From: Vulcanimicrobiota bacterium
GTDB lineage: Bacteria > Vulcanimicrobiota > Vulcanimicrobiia > Eremiobacterales > Eremiobacteraceae
DNA length: 64,000 nt
Direction of reading: 5' to 3'
Assembly: GCA_963805945.1 (NCBI GenBank)
Contig: CAWDVP010000006.1
Coordinates: 224,001-288,000, forward strand
Under the pieces are notes generated by a model that did not search any database, was not told the origin of the DNA, and saw only the letters and a list, made by a program, of their open reading frames with translations. This document shows, piece after piece, positions 27,239-38,355 of the stretch. Every line of letters begins with the position of its first letter. Position 1 is the stretch's first letter. Position numbers and translations under genes: made by a program.

Positions 27239-28660
27239 ATGAAGCGGCTGAGCATCGCCGTCCTCGCCTTTTGCGGGCTCATGGCGATCGTGCAGAGCTA
27301 TCGCTGGCATATCTGGACGTTCGGCGCCGACACCGGCACCTTTTCGCAGATCGCGCTCAGCGCGTTCAGCGGCTTTCAAGGCGGCCCCGAAGCCGCTTCG
27401 CACTTCCGCTACCACTGGTCGCCCATCATCGCGACGCTCTTCCCGCTCGTCGCCGTCACGCACTCCGCGCTCTCCCTGCAATTCGTGCAGTTCATGCTCG
27501 TCGCGCTATGCGCGTTTCCGCTGTACGCCATCGCACGCGCCTATGCGAGCGAGCGCACCGCGCTCTATTGCGGCCTGCTCCCGCTCATCTACCCGCCGCT
27601 GGTCGCGGTGGCCTTCGGCGAATTCCATGAGCTCGCGTTCTATCCGCTCATCGCGCTCGCGCTCTTCTGGACCGCCGACCGCGAGCGTTGGGCGGCGTTC
27701 GCGGCGCTGGCCCTCGTCTCGGCCCTGGTGAAAGAGGATTGCTGCATCGTCTTCGTCGCGGTCGGGCTTGCGCTCACGGCGATGGGCATCGCGCGCCGCG
27801 ACACGCAGCGCGGCGGCCTGTTGCTCTTCGAGCCCAAGACGCCGCGCGCGCTCGCCATAGCCGGCATCGGACTTGCGGCGGTCAACGCGCTCGCGCTCGT
27901 CGTCTATTTCATCGTCGTGGTGCCGCGCGTCGGCGGCTTGTGGCAGCCTGCGCACTTCTTCGACTATCCCTTCGGCTACGGACCGGCCGCTATCACCGTG
28001 GCGCTGCTGCTCCATCCCTGGCTCCTCGGCCGCGTCATCACGTACGCGAAGATCGGCTATCTGCTCGAGGCGTTCGCGCCGCTGGCGTTCCTTCCGCTGC
28101 GCTCGTGGTGGACGCTGCTCGCGCTCCCCGGCCTTGCCGAACTCGTGCTCTCAAGCGAATGGGGCGCTTTTCGCATGGGCTCGCACTACGCCGCCATCTG
28201 GATCCCGTGGTTGGTGCTCGCGGCTGCGGCGGTGCTCGTCGGGTTCGAGCGCGCCGGCGGCCTTCGACGCGCGACACGCGCGTTCGCCGCGACGGCAGCC
28301 ATCTGCGCGCTCTTCTTCATCGCGTTCGACCCCGTGCATCCGCTCCATTTCATGCGCCAGATCTATCCACATGACGCCGTGAGGCCGCTTGCCGCGCTCG
28401 TCCCGCGCGATGCGAGCCTCATCACCCACGACGAATGGTTCGCCCAGCTCGCGATCGACTTCCCGAAGGCGACGATCTTCCCGTACACCGCGCATGAGTA
28501 CGCGCTCTTCGCAGACGACTATCCCAACGCATACTACCAGACCGTCTCGCGCGCGCAGCTGCTCGCCGATCTCGCCAGCGGGAGAGCGAAGCAGATCCGA
28601 CGCATCGGCCACGTCGCGCTGTACCGCCTCGAGCCGCCTCGCGGGGTCACCCAACCCTGA
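27239..28660 (+). CDS. DUF2079-like membrane protein (GT-C-like glycosyltransferase candidate)
   Basis: DTGTFSQ, HFRYHWSP, EFHE, VKED, HYAA motifs and many TM helices. Confidence 0.75.
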   Translation: MKRLSIAVLAFCGLMAIVQSYRWHIWTFGADTGTFSQIALSAFSGFQGGPEAASHFRYHWSPIIATLFPLVAVTHSALSLQFVQFMLVALCAFPLYAIARAYASERTALYCGLLPLIYPPLVAVAFGEFHELAFYPLIALALFWTADRERWAAFAALALVSALVKEDCCIVFVAVGLALTAMGIARRDTQRGGLLLFEPKTPRALAIAGIGLAAVNALALVVYFIVVVPRVGGLWQPAHFFDYPFGYGPAAITVALLLHPWLLGRVITYAKIGYLLEAFAPLAFLPLRSWWTLLALPGLAELVLSSEWGAFRMGSHYAAIWIPWLVLAAAAVLVGFERAGGLRRATRAFAATAAICALFFIAFDPVHPLHFMRQIYPHDAVRPLAALVPRDASLITHDEWFAQLAIDFPKATIFPYTAHEYALFADDYPNAYYQTVSRAQLLADLASGRAKQIRRIGHVALYRLEPPRGVTQP

Positions 28661-28715
28661 CGCTGGCCGGCGAGAATGTTTCCGGCACGGCGGAGGCGTA
28701 GAGACGCCCACCGGC

Positions 28716-29570
28716 ATGCAGTATTTCGAACCGAACTTCGTCGAGGAAGCCCTCGCCTTGCTCGAACAGCTCGGTCCGAGCGCGCGCGTGCTCGCCGGCG
28801 GCACGCTGCTCGGTCCGGAGGTGCGCGCAGCGTCCGGATCGACGAGCGCGATCGTCAACATCAAACGCATCTCCGAACTGCGCGATATCGACTTCGATGG
28901 CCAGGCGCTGCACATCGGCGCGCTCGCGACGGCCCGCGATCTCGCCGAGAACGATTTGGTCCGGCGGCACGCGCCGTTGCTCTCGCTGGCCGCCGCCTCG
29001 CTGGGTGCGACGCAATTGCGCAACGTCGCCACCATCGGCGGCAACCTCTGCTCGGGCCATCACGCGGCGGATCTCGGCGCTGCGCTGCTCGCCTGCGACG
29101 CGCGGTGCGTCATCGCGAACCTCATCACGGGGCCGGCGACGATGCCGGTGGCGGAGTTCTTCCGGCCCGGCGGGCACGCTCTCGAAGAGGGCGCGATCCT
29201 CACCGCGATCGAGATCCCGGCGAGCTCGGCGCACGTCTCCTATGTGAAGATGCAGACGCGCCGCGCGTTCGAGATGGCGATCATCGCGGTGGGCGTCGTC
29301 CTGGCGCATGACTCAGTACGGATCGCTCTCGGCGGCGCCGCGCCGACGCCGGTGCGTGCCGTCCACGGCGAAAAGACGTGGACCGACGGTCGAATACATT
29401 CGACCGCTCCAGACGCGGTAGGGCGTGAGGCCGGTCGCGTCGCCGCGGCGAAGGACTGCGATCCGGTCACCGACCACCGCGCCTCAGCCGAATATCGTCG
29501 GCATCTCGTCGCTGTGCTCACGGAGCGCGCGCTGCTCGAGGCTGCCGCCGCGCACGGATCTGGGCGCTGA
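28716..29570 (+). CDS. Xanthine dehydrogenase/CoxM-family FAD-binding subunit
   Basis: VLAGGT, HIGALAT, QLRNVATIGGNL, DHRASAEYRRHL. Confidence 0.9.
   Translation: MQYFEPNFVEEALALLEQLGPSARVLAGGTLLGPEVRAASGSTSAIVNIKRISELRDIDFDGQALHIGALATARDLAENDLVRRHAPLLSLAAASLGATQLRNVATIGGNLCSGHHAADLGAALLACDARCVIANLITGPATMPVAEFFRPGGHALEEGAILTAIEIPASSAHVSYVKMQTRRAFEMAIIAVGVVLAHDSVRIALGGAAPTPVRAVHGEKTWTDGRIHSTAPDAVGREAGRVAAAKDCDPVTDHRASAEYRRHLVAVLTERALLEAAAAHGSGR
29387..29410 (-). repeat. Family A REP-like hairpin in-frame in the FAD subunit gene
   Basis: Plus strand CGGTCGAATACATTCGACCGCTCC; encodes GRIHSTAP. Confidence 0.88.
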
Positions 29571-30094
29571 TGCAGCCCGTCACCATCTACGTCAACGGCG
29601 AAGAGCGCGAAGTCGTCGTCGAGCCGCTGCAGCCGCTCTTGCACGTGCTGCGCTGGCAGCTGCACCTCACCGGCACCAAAGAAGGCTGTGGCACGGGCTA
29701 CTGCGGCGCATGCACCGTGCTCGTCGACGGCCAAGCGGTCAATTCGTGTCTCTATCCGGCGGTCGACGCCGATCGGCGCGAGGTCACGACGATCGAGGGG
29801 TTGGCGGCTGCGGACGGCACGCTCCATCCGGTTCAAAGCGCATTCGTCGACGACTTCGCGCTGCAATGCGGCTACTGCACGCCGGGCATGATCCTCGCCG
29901 CCGCGGCGCTGCTCGCCGATGACCCTGAGCCGACCGACGAGTCGATCCGTCGCGCGCTCGCGGGCAACCTCTGCCGCTGCACCGGTTACCAGCCGATCGT
30001 CAACGCCGTGCTCGACGCCGCCAAGCGGCTGCGCGATCAGGGCAGAGCCGGTGAGCGGCCGGGCAGACGCACCGACATCCGGTCGAGGGCATAG
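29570..30094 (+). CDS. 2x[2Fe-2S] subunit (CoxS family)
   Basis: [33 protein letters not shown]. Confidence 0.93.
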   Translation: MQPVTIYVNGEEREVVVEPLQPLLHVLRWQLHLTGTKEGCGTGYCGACTVLVDGQAVNSCLYPAVDADRREVTTIEGLAAADGTLHPVQSAFVDDFALQCGYCTPGMILAAAALLADDPEPTDESIRRALAGNLCRCTGYQPIVNAVLDAAKRLRDQGRAGERPGRRTDIRSRA

Positions 30095-30097
30095 GCG

Positions 30098-32371
30098 ATG
30101 ACGAACTACGTCGGCACCACGCGCCCACGCCACGACGCCGTCGGCAAAGTCACCGGCGAGACCAAGTACACCGCCGACATCGCGCTTGACGGAGCGCTCG
30201 TCGGCCTGGTGGTCCGCTCGCCCCACGCCTTCGCGCGCGTGAGCAAGATCGACGTCGCCGCGGCCAAAGCGATGCCCGGCGTCCACGCGATCGCCTATGC
30301 GGGCAACACGCCGGACACGCCCTTCGCGCACGGCATCAAAGACGAGCACCTCTTCCCGCGACCCTACGTGCGCTATATCGGCGAGCCGATCGCCGCCATC
30401 GCGGCCGAGACGATCGGCCAGGCGCGCGCGGCGTCACGCGCGATCGTGGTGGAGTACGACGTGCTCGAGCCGGTGCTCGACGCCAAGCGCGCGCTTGAGC
30501 CGAACGCTCCGCTGGTCCACCCGGATTGGAAGACATACGACAAGGCCGCGACGCGGGTCCTCAAGGGCAACATCTGCCACTATAGCCGCATCAAGCGCGG
30601 CGATGTGGAGAAGGCGTTCGCGCTGCCCGGCGCGATCATCCACGAATCGGAGTTCCGTTTCGCACCCGGCATGGCGGGCTACCTCGAACCGCGCGCGGCG
30701 TTGGCGCGGCGCGAACCGGACGGCGGTCTTACCGTGTGGTGCGGCTCGCAATCGCCATACGACAATCGGGATGAACTCGCCGAGTTCTTCGGGCTCGACC
30801 CGAAGCGCGTCCGCTTCATCAACCAGTTCGTGGGCGGCGCCTTCGGCGCCAAGATCCTGATGGCGGCCGAGTGGTACGCTGCGGCGCTGGCGTTGCAGTG
30901 CGAGCGGCCGGTGCGGGTCGTGTGGTCGCGGCATGAGGACGGGCTGCACGTCTTCCCGCGTCATGGCGGCTTCGCGACGTTCAAGACGGCGGCGAAACCA
31001 GACGGCACGCTGCTCGCGATGCGCGCTTCGTTCCTGTACGATAGCGGCGCATACATCGGCTATGCCGGCGGCACCGCGCTCCTCTCGACCATGCTCGCAA
31101 GCGCGCCATATCGCATTCCCGATCTCGACATCGAAGCGACGCTTGCGTACACGAACAAGCAGCCCGCTGGTCCGGTGCGCGCGCCAGGTGGGCCGCAGGC
31201 CAACTACGCGAAGGAACTGCATCTGGACGAGCTCGCCGCGAAGTTGAAGATCGATGCGCTCGAGTTCCGCCTGCACAACGCGTGGGAGGACGGCGACGTC
31301 GGACCGACCGGCCAGAAGCTCGCCGGCGTGCGCGTGAAAGAGACGCTGCAACGCGCCGCAGACGCGATCGGCTGGGGAACGCCGCTCGCGCGCGACCGCG
31401 GACGCGGGCTCGCTTGCACGTGGTGGTTTTCGGCCTGCGGTGATTCGAAGGCGCGCGTCGAGGTGCTCCAAGACGGCGCGGTCCGCGTGCTCGCCGGCAA
31501 CCCGGAGGTCGGCACGGGCGCTTCTTCTAGCGCCCTGCCGATGATGGTCGCTGAGGTGCTCGGGGTCGCGCCCGAGCAGATCGAGGTCGTGCTGTCGGAC
31601 ACCGCGACGGATACCTACGACAGCGGCGTCGGAGGGAGCTCATCGACGTTCGGCATCGGCGTGGCGGCGACGGCCGCCGCCAAGGACGTGCGCGCGAAGC
31701 TGCTCGCGCGCGCGGAAAACGCGCTCGAGGCCCGCTCGGAGGACATCGAGTTGCGTGACGGGCGTGCCGCGGTGCGCGGCGCGCCCGAGCACGCGGTGAG
31801 CCTCGGCGATCTGGCGCGGGCCGCGGGCGGGTCCATCGAAGGCCGCGGCGAGAGCACCGAGATCGAAGATCCGGAGTTCGACGAGACGCTGACCGAGACG
31901 CACGGCTTCGCGAGTTTTCTCGCGCCGTCGTTCACCGCCAGCGCCGCGGAGGTCATCGTCGATCGCGGCACGGGCCGCGTCGAAGTCCGCAAGATCGTCA
32001 CAGCGCAGGACGTCGGCTTCGCGATCAATCCGACCGGTGTCATCGGTCAGTCCGAAGGCGGCGCGGTCATGGGCGTCGGCTGGGCGCTCACCGAGGATCT
32101 GCAGCGCGACGAGCATGGCAGCGTCGAGCCCGGTTTCAAAGACTACCTGTTGCCGACCGCGGTCGACGCGCCGACGATCGAGACTATCATCGTGGACTCA
32201 CCGTCGGGCGTCGGCCCCTATGGCATGAAGGGCGCGGGCGAGCCGCCGATCACGACGCCGCCTGCGGCGATCGCGTGCGCGATCCGCGCCGCCGTCGGCG
32301 CGGCACCGCATATTACGCCGATGACGCCGCAGGAAGTCGTCCGGACCGCTCCTTCAAAGCCCGGGGACTGA
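30098..32371 (+). CDS. Molybdopterin-binding large subunit, xanthine dehydrogenase family
   Basis: KVTGETKYTAD, YLEPRA, GGAFGAK, EVGTG, GQSEGGAVMGVGWAL, GPYGMKGAGEP. Confidence 0.92.
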   Translation: MTNYVGTTRPRHDAVGKVTGETKYTADIALDGALVGLVVRSPHAFARVSKIDVAAAKAMPGVHAIAYAGNTPDTPFAHGIKDEHLFPRPYVRYIGEPIAAIAAETIGQARAASRAIVVEYDVLEPVLDAKRALEPNAPLVHPDWKTYDKAATRVLKGNICHYSRIKRGDVEKAFALPGAIIHESEFRFAPGMAGYLEPRAALARREPDGGLTVWCGSQSPYDNRDELAEFFGLDPKRVRFINQFVGGAFGAKILMAAEWYAAALALQCERPVRVVWSRHEDGLHVFPRHGGFATFKTAAKPDGTLLAMRASFLYDSGAYIGYAGGTALLSTMLASAPYRIPDLDIEATLAYTNKQPAGPVRAPGGPQANYAKELHLDELAAKLKIDALEFRLHNAWEDGDVGPTGQKLAGVRVKETLQRAADAIGWGTPLARDRGRGLACTWWFSACGDSKARVEVLQDGAVRVLAGNPEVGTGASSSALPMMVAEVLGVAPEQIEVVLSDTATDTYDSGVGGSSSTFGIGVAATAAAKDVRAKLLARAENALEARSEDIELRDGRAAVRGAPEHAVSLGDLARAAGGSIEGRGESTEIEDPEFDETLTETHGFASFLAPSFTASAAEVIVDRGTGRVEVRKIVTAQDVGFAINPTGVIGQSEGGAVMGVGWALTEDLQRDEHGSVEPGFKDYLLPTAVDAPTIETIIVDSPSGVGPYGMKGAGEPPITTPPAAIACAIRAAVGAAPHITPMTPQEVVRTAPSKPGD

Positions 32372-34942
32372 CCGGCCTTCCAACGCGATCGACACCTTGC
32401 TCTGCAGGTTCGCGAGATGCGCCCGCGATAGCGGGTCGAGCGAACCCGACGCCAGCGCGCCGCGCAACGTGCCCGAGAGGCTCACGAGCTTCGCGCGCGC
32501 GAGCGCCTGCGCGTCGCTCGGCGTGTCCTTCGCCGGCGATAGCGTCATCGCGATGAGCATGCGCGTGTAGCTCGCCTGCAGATTGCGCGTCAGCAGCGGC
32601 ACGTTCGTGAGGCTGCCGGAGCGCAGGTCGCCATACACGCTGTCTTGCGTCCAGTCGAATAGGTCGGCGAGCGTCATCGTGCTGCCTGTCTTGGCGCGCA
32701 CGCCGATCTCATCGATGCGCTGCAGCCGCAGCGGTTGGTAGAGCGTCTTGAGCACGTTGTTCTGCATGGTACCGATGATCTCGACGATCGGCACGTCGTG
32801 GCGCGCCGGCGGATCGTACGCCCACTTGCCGTTCTCTAGCGGCTCCCACTCCTGGTAGGTCATGCGGTTGAGCGTCGCCGGCGACAGCTGCAGCGCGGTG
32901 CTCGAGAAGACGTAGCGGTCGAGATTCTGCCACGCCCGGCGCTCGGTGGCACGCGACACCGGCGTGAGCGGCTGCGTCGCCTTGGGATCGCCTGGCCGCG
33001 CGCGCGAGAGGTACTCGCCGCCGATGTAGTGCTCGAACACATTGCTGCAGCGCCTGAAATCGATGAAGAGCAAGCCGAACGCGGTCGTCTCCTCTTCATA
33101 GGGATGCTGCGCGCGCGGCACGCGCGTGTCGAGCTTGCCCATGAGAGAGCGCGCCAGGCCGAGCCGCATGTCGCACCAGCCGATGTTGTCGTCCGTCAGA
33201 TCGAACTGGTCGACGCGCGGGTCGATCGCGTGCGCGTCGCCCCACGACACGTCTTCATCGGAGGCGAAGCGGTACCACGGGTTGGTCCACTGCGACGCCC
33301 ATTGATGCAGCGTCGGCAGCTCGTCGTCCGGCGTGCGTGCACCCGGCACCGGCGCGTACGCCCAGTGGATCGCGTAGTAGTCGTACGGACCGATCGTGGT
33401 CATGAAGAGAGCGCCATGCGACTGCCCCTTGGGCCACAGGTTGATCGGGTTGTACTCCATGACCGACGACGACATGCCGTGCTTGGCGGTGAACTCCGCG
33501 CTCCTCACCTGCGCAGCCGTGTACGCCTGCGAGCCGATGAAGTTGTGCATCATCCCCATGTCGTGGCCGACTTCGTGCAGTGTGCCGTCGATGATGAAGT
33601 CATCGACGTACTGCTGCGGCACGTCGCCGCCCGGCCAGTCGCCGGTGAGACCAAACGCCACCGCGCCGAACCCTGCTTGCATCCGTTTCTCGGCTGCGTA
33701 CAGCTGCTCGCGCCCACCGAACGTTCTGGCGCGCGATGGATCCACGTAGAACGGATATTCGACGTCGAAGAAGTTGATGTAATCGGCATCGAACACGACG
33801 CCGGTGCGGAATTCCTGGCCGGTCCGCGGATCCCAGTAGAGCTGCGCCTCGAGGAAGCCGCCTGAGTTCGAGTCCGTGAGCCAGCGCAGCATGCTGTGGC
33901 GCACGTCGTCGGGATCCCAGCTCGGATCATCCGGCTGGTCTTTCACCTGGACCGCGTCGGTGATGCCGAGCGGGAGAAACGCCTTGTTCCACTCCAGCAC
34001 CGCGCGCTTGACCGGCGCGCGATACGCCTCCGGCATCGTGTTGCTCATGTAGAACACCATCGGATGCTTGGCCGGCGACATCGCCGCGTTCGGATCCGTC
34101 TTCTGCATGTTCCAGCGGAGGATATAGCGCTGGTGGCGGTTCGTCAGCTTATCGGTGCCGAAGTTGAGGCGCACGTTATCGAAGAAGCCGACGCGGTCGT
34201 CCGCGAGGCGCGGCATGTAGTCGCCGTCGTTCGGCGGCTCGATGAAATTGTAATCGATCTTGAACTCGATCGCGCGCGGGTCGGGCACGTTGTCGATGAT
34301 CGACGCGTCGTCGGTGGTCCAGGTCTGGCGCACGTCGACGAGCGTGTTGTCGGGGAACGACTTGGTCGGGCCGAAGTAGCTTCGATCGGCGTCGAGGTGA
34401 TACAGCTTGCCGGGATCGGGGTTGCCGAGCGACGCCTTGAGCGTGTCGGCGAAGTCGATGACGTCCCCGAGGAACGCCGACATGTCGACGATGATCTTGC
34501 CGGATGCGTCATCGGTGGCCGCGACCTTCGCCACCCCCACGACGGATTTCGCAGTTTGGTCCTCGATCGCGCGCGCATCCGCCGTGTTCGCGGGCGCGAC
34601 GAAGAACTCGTTCGGGAAGAGGATCGCGACCTTATCGTCCTGGCGCGTGAAGCGGATGATGCGCGGCGGGAAGTAATCGCCGCCGCCCGCGATGATGAAA
34701 TACCCGCCCAGGCCGTTGCGCGGCACCGCGCTGAGGATGTAGTCGTGATCGAGCTGCGCTTTACTGAGCTCGAAATAGATCTTGCCGCTCTTGCGCCACA
34801 CGGTGAACAGCCCGGGCTGTGACGTCAACCCGGTCGTGAACTTGGCGTACGCCGCCGGCGCGTCGTCGTCGGCCATCGCCATCGGGAGCATGCTCAACAC
34901 AGCGACGGCATACAGTGCCGCCGCAATACCAAAGCGTTTCAT
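32354..34942 (-). CDS. Secreted zinc-dependent metalloprotease (DUF5117/DUF4953, EcxA-like)
   Basis: Signal peptide, YMPRLADDRVGFF, HEVGHDMGMMHNF zincin motif, SSVMEY, GPYDYYAI. Confidence 0.88.
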   Translation of the reverse strand: MKRFGIAAALYAVAVLSMLPMAMADDDAPAAYAKFTTGLTSQPGLFTVWRKSGKIYFELSKAQLDHDYILSAVPRNGLGGYFIIAGGGDYFPPRIIRFTRQDDKVAILFPNEFFVAPANTADARAIEDQTAKSVVGVAKVAATDDASGKIIVDMSAFLGDVIDFADTLKASLGNPDPGKLYHLDADRSYFGPTKSFPDNTLVDVRQTWTTDDASIIDNVPDPRAIEFKIDYNFIEPPNDGDYMPRLADDRVGFFDNVRLNFGTDKLTNRHQRYILRWNMQKTDPNAAMSPAKHPMVFYMSNTMPEAYRAPVKRAVLEWNKAFLPLGITDAVQVKDQPDDPSWDPDDVRHSMLRWLTDSNSGGFLEAQLYWDPRTGQEFRTGVVFDADYINFFDVEYPFYVDPSRARTFGGREQLYAAEKRMQAGFGAVAFGLTGDWPGGDVPQQYVDDFIIDGTLHEVGHDMGMMHNFIGSQAYTAAQVRSAEFTAKHGMSSSVMEYNPINLWPKGQSHGALFMTTIGPYDYYAIHWAYAPVPGARTPDDELPTLHQWASQWTNPWYRFASDEDVSWGDAHAIDPRVDQFDLTDDNIGWCDMRLGLARSLMGKLDTRVPRAQHPYEEETTAFGLLFIDFRRCSNVFEHYIGGEYLSRARPGDPKATQPLTPVSRATERRAWQNLDRYVFSSTALQLSPATLNRMTYQEWEPLENGKWAYDPPARHDVPIVEIIGTMQNNVLKTLYQPLRLQRIDEIGVRAKTGSTMTLADLFDWTQDSVYGDLRSGSLTNVPLLTRNLQASYTRMLIAMTLSPAKDTPSDAQALARAKLVSLSGTLRGALASGSLDPLSRAHLANLQSKVSIALEGRSVPGL

Positions 34943-35093
34943 CGGTGAACCTTTCGCGTGGATAGTATCGCCGCGTGCTTGTGCTTCGTCTGGGTCGAGG
35001 GTCGATACCTCCGGCGCCGCAGCGCCAGGGCCGCCCCCGCAGGCTCGTCGAAGGCGCGTGCATCCTGCACCTGACTAAAGGGGGTCTTCGCCT

Positions 35094-35555
35094 GTGCATC
35101 AAGCCGCGCTCGTGGCCCACGTCTTCTTCGGAACCCTCGCGTTCGGCTTCGCGATCACGTTCGAGCTGCTGATGAAGTCGATCGGGAGGTCCGGCGACGT
35201 CCGGACGATCCGCACGGCCTTCACTCTCGCCGTGCGCTACGCCATATGGATCGGACCGCTCTTCGGCATCGCAGTGCTGCTCGGCTTCGGTGTGGCGATC
35301 GACCGCCACGAGCCGCTGCTGCAGACGTGGCTTGTGATCTCCTACGTGCTCGCCGCCATCGGCTTGTTTCTCGGCACCGGCCTCAACCGGCCCGCATTTA
35401 TGGGGATCCTTGAAGCCGCCAAGGTCTCGCCCGACGACGCGCCCTCGCCGGAACTGAAGGCCGCCGTGGCGCGCTTTAATCCGGCGACGTGGCTCATGGT
35501 GTTGCTCATGATCGCGCTCATCACGCTGATGTTCGTGAAGCCCTTCTCGAACTAG
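35094..35555 (+). CDS. DUF2269-like 4-TM membrane protein
   Basis: Conserved His in TM1 (VAHV), WL..SYVL, C-terminal LMFVKPF. Confidence 0.7.
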   Translation: MHQAALVAHVFFGTLAFGFAITFELLMKSIGRSGDVRTIRTAFTLAVRYAIWIGPLFGIAVLLGFGVAIDRHEPLLQTWLVISYVLAAIGLFLGTGLNRPAFMGILEAAKVSPDDAPSPELKAAVARFNPATWLMVLLMIALITLMFVKPFSN

Positions 35556-35637
35556 GCACGCGCGCCGGCGCAGGTTTACGCCCCGACAAGCGTGGGTACC
35601 ATGGCAGCAACCCGCGGTCATGAGGGGGACCCCCACT

Positions 35638-36183
35638 ATGTCAGATGTGAAGACGGTCGGTTCGCCGACCCTGTACGCGGCTTTTCCCAGCGGTGAAATC
35701 GCGCAGCGGGCGTACGGCGCGCTGCTCGACCGTGGTGTCCACAAAGAGGACATCAGCATCATCGCTCCCGTCGCGCACGACGGTCGTGTGCCCGAGGCCG
35801 CTCGTCTCGTGATCGGCACGACGACGCGCTCGGACGTCGCGGTGAGGGCGGCGAAGGGTGCTGGGTTCGGGGTCGCAGTCGGCACCGCCGCGGCGCTCGC
35901 AGCTTTGTTCATCCCGGGAGTCGGTTTGGTGCTCGGCGCGGGCGCGCTCGCCACGGCGCTGGCGGCTACCGCCGGAACCATCGCCGGCGGGGCGGCGATC
36001 GGAGCCGTGGTCGGCTGCCTGATGGATCAGGGCGTGCCGGCGGAGATCGCCGCGCGCTACAAGGACTCGCTTCGCACCGGCGGCGCGATGCTCGCTGTGA
36101 CGGTCCCATACGGCGATGCGGACCAAGCGGCCATCGAAGACGCGCTCGTGAAGTTCGACGCCACCGACATCAACCTATACTAG
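35638..36183 (+). CDS. General stress protein-like, glycine-zipper membrane protein
   Basis: A..AY..L...G....DISII, IPGVG, GA.IG.L.D.GVP...A..Y...L..GG.ML.V. Confidence 0.7.
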   Translation: MSDVKTVGSPTLYAAFPSGEIAQRAYGALLDRGVHKEDISIIAPVAHDGRVPEAARLVIGTTTRSDVAVRAAKGAGFGVAVGTAAALAALFIPGVGLVLGAGALATALAATAGTIAGGAAIGAVVGCLMDQGVPAEIAARYKDSLRTGGAMLAVTVPYGDADQAAIEDALVKFDATDINLY

Positions 36184-38355
36184 GCCGCCCATGAGGTCGG
36201 CGTCCTTGGCCCAGCGCGGCGGCTTGCCGAAGCCGGTCGCAGACGCGCTCACAAGGCCTCGCGACAGACCGTAGCGCAGCGCGCGCCGCTCTTCCGCCAG
36301 ATAGAGCTGCTTGGCCTCGAAGCGCGCGTAGTACCACGCAAATTTCGCCGTCTGCGACGCACCGGGCGCGACGTTCTCGCGCACGATGAGGCCATAGGTG
36401 CGCGAGAACGCCATGGCGCGGGACACGTAGATGCGCGGGAAGCGCTCGTGTGCGAGGCCGATGACGAACACGTGCGGCCAGCGCTCGCCTTTGGCCGCGC
36501 TGATCGTGTCGCAGGCGATCGCCTCGCGCGTGCGCAGCGCCGGCCGCAGCAACGCCATGTCGTCTTCCAACGCCCTCACGAGCTCGCTCACACCGCGCTG
36601 CGCGCCGCTCGCGCCGGCCGCGGCGAAGGCTTCGAGCACCCGCTGCGCATCATCGAGCAGGCGCGGGCGGCGGTGCTGTGGCGCCGACTCCCAGCGCCGC
36701 ATGAAGCCGCCTGCCCGCGCGAGCCCGGCGATCTGCGCGGCGGGCGAGGCCCCAGCGAACCGCGTGCGCCACGCCTCGAGCTGCGCGCGGAAACGCGCGA
36801 CGGTCTCGCGCGTCGCCTCCGGCAGCCGCTTGTCCACCGTCCCCTCGAGCATGTTGCGCGCGAGCGCGGTGCGTTGACGCCCCTTGCCCGGTCGCTTGCG
36901 TTCGTCGTTGACGCCGACTTCGAGCGCCAGCTGCGTCACCGCAGTCGTATCCTCGCACAGCGCGTAGATGCTCGCGTCGGAGAGACCGAGCAGCGGCGAC
37001 GCGAGCACGCGCAGCATGTGCTCGTGGTCGTAGGGGTCGTCGACGACCGCCGCGAGGGCGAGCCAGTCGGCGATATCGTTGGGCGTCTCGAAGCGCGCCA
37101 GCGGCGCGTCGACCGGCAATCCTCGCCGCTGCGAGCAGATCGGCATACACGGCCGCCGCGTCATCGCTGCGCGTCAGCAGCGCGATGTCGCTCGGCGCCG
37201 CGCCTTGGCGGAGCAGATCCTCGATCGCCGCCCCGAGATGCTCGACCTCTTCCGCCTCGTCAGAGAAGCGCTGCGCACGCGGCTGGGGCGACGCGGGGTT
37301 CGGCGCGAGCTCGATGCGCTGCGTCGGCTCCATCGCGGACAGCACCGAACGGCGGCCATGGAGCCCGTCGACCGCCGCGTCCGGCCAGCCCGCGATGGTG
37401 ATGCCTCGCAGCCCGGCGGCGCTCAGCGCGATGAGCAGATCGCCGACGCCCGCATGCGCGTCCTCCGCGTCGTCCACCATCACGTGCGCGATGCTGCGCG
37501 CGATCGCCCGAGCACGAGCGGCCGTCTTCGACCAGCCAGCGCAGGCACTCATCGACGATATCCTCGTCGCTGGCCAGCGGCGCGCTCCGCGCGACCGTGA
37601 GATACTCGCGATACAGCCGCGCGAGCAGGATGCCGAGATCGCGCTCGGCGCGCTTTTGCGATTGCAACACGTCGGGGCCGGCGCGCAGCGCCTCTCTGCC
37701 GCGTTTGCTGACGCGCCCGAGCACTGCCGGGTCGCGCGCCTTGGCGAGCGCCGCCTCGACCTCGTCGCCGTAGAACGCCTGCAGCCCGGCGACGCTGCCG
37801 CGCTCGAACTCCTCCGGGCTCACCCGCGAGCCGCGCAATTGCGTCATGAGCGCTGCGGCTTCGTCCAAGAACTTGTCCGGCCGGCTCAGGAACGGGATGT
37901 TCAGATCGAGCTCGCCGTCGCCCAACTCGGGCCACGTCAGGTCGAGCAGCCCGGCGGCCGCTTCGCGGACGATCTCGCGGGCGGCGGCAGGACCGCCGTT
38001 GCGCAGGTCCGGACGCACGCCGGCCAATGCATAGTGCGAGCGCAGCAGCTGCAACAAGTGATTCGGCGCAGTGTCGACGCGGATGTTGTCAGGCGCGTCG
38101 AACGACGCAAGGGCGCGGCGAAATGCGCGCACGCCCGACTCGTGCGAGCAGATGACGAGCAGAGAACCCGAGCTTCGCTCGGGCACTACAGGATAACGTG
38201 GCGGCGAGGTGCGCGGCGCGCGCGGCGAGCGCCGCGGTCTTGCCTGAGCCGGGCGGGCCGGTGATCTGCAAGACGCCGTCCTGCGGTGCGGCGACCGCCG
38301 CGTTCAGCATCGCGGCTCCCGGTGCCGTATCCGACGGCGCTCGCTCAACGCGCAA
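36175..38355 (-). CDS. Divergent UvrD/PcrA/AddA-like SF1 helicase (frameshifted)
   Basis: Walker A GPPGSGKT, Walker B-like VMVDDAED, DIALLTRS, motif V TISAAKGERWPHVFV, motif VI EERRALRYGLSRG, spread over several frames. Confidence 0.75.
38167..38189 (-). repeat. GTAG REP-like hairpin, family C, within the helicase gene
   Basis: Minus strand GTAGTGCCCGAGC-GAA-GCTCGGG, identical to the copy at 54912-54934. Confidence 0.88.

Noticed and set aside
30098..32371. Aerobic CO dehydrogenase (coxL)
   Set aside because: It lacks the AYxCSFR or AYxGAGR motif and there are no cox accessory genes nearby.
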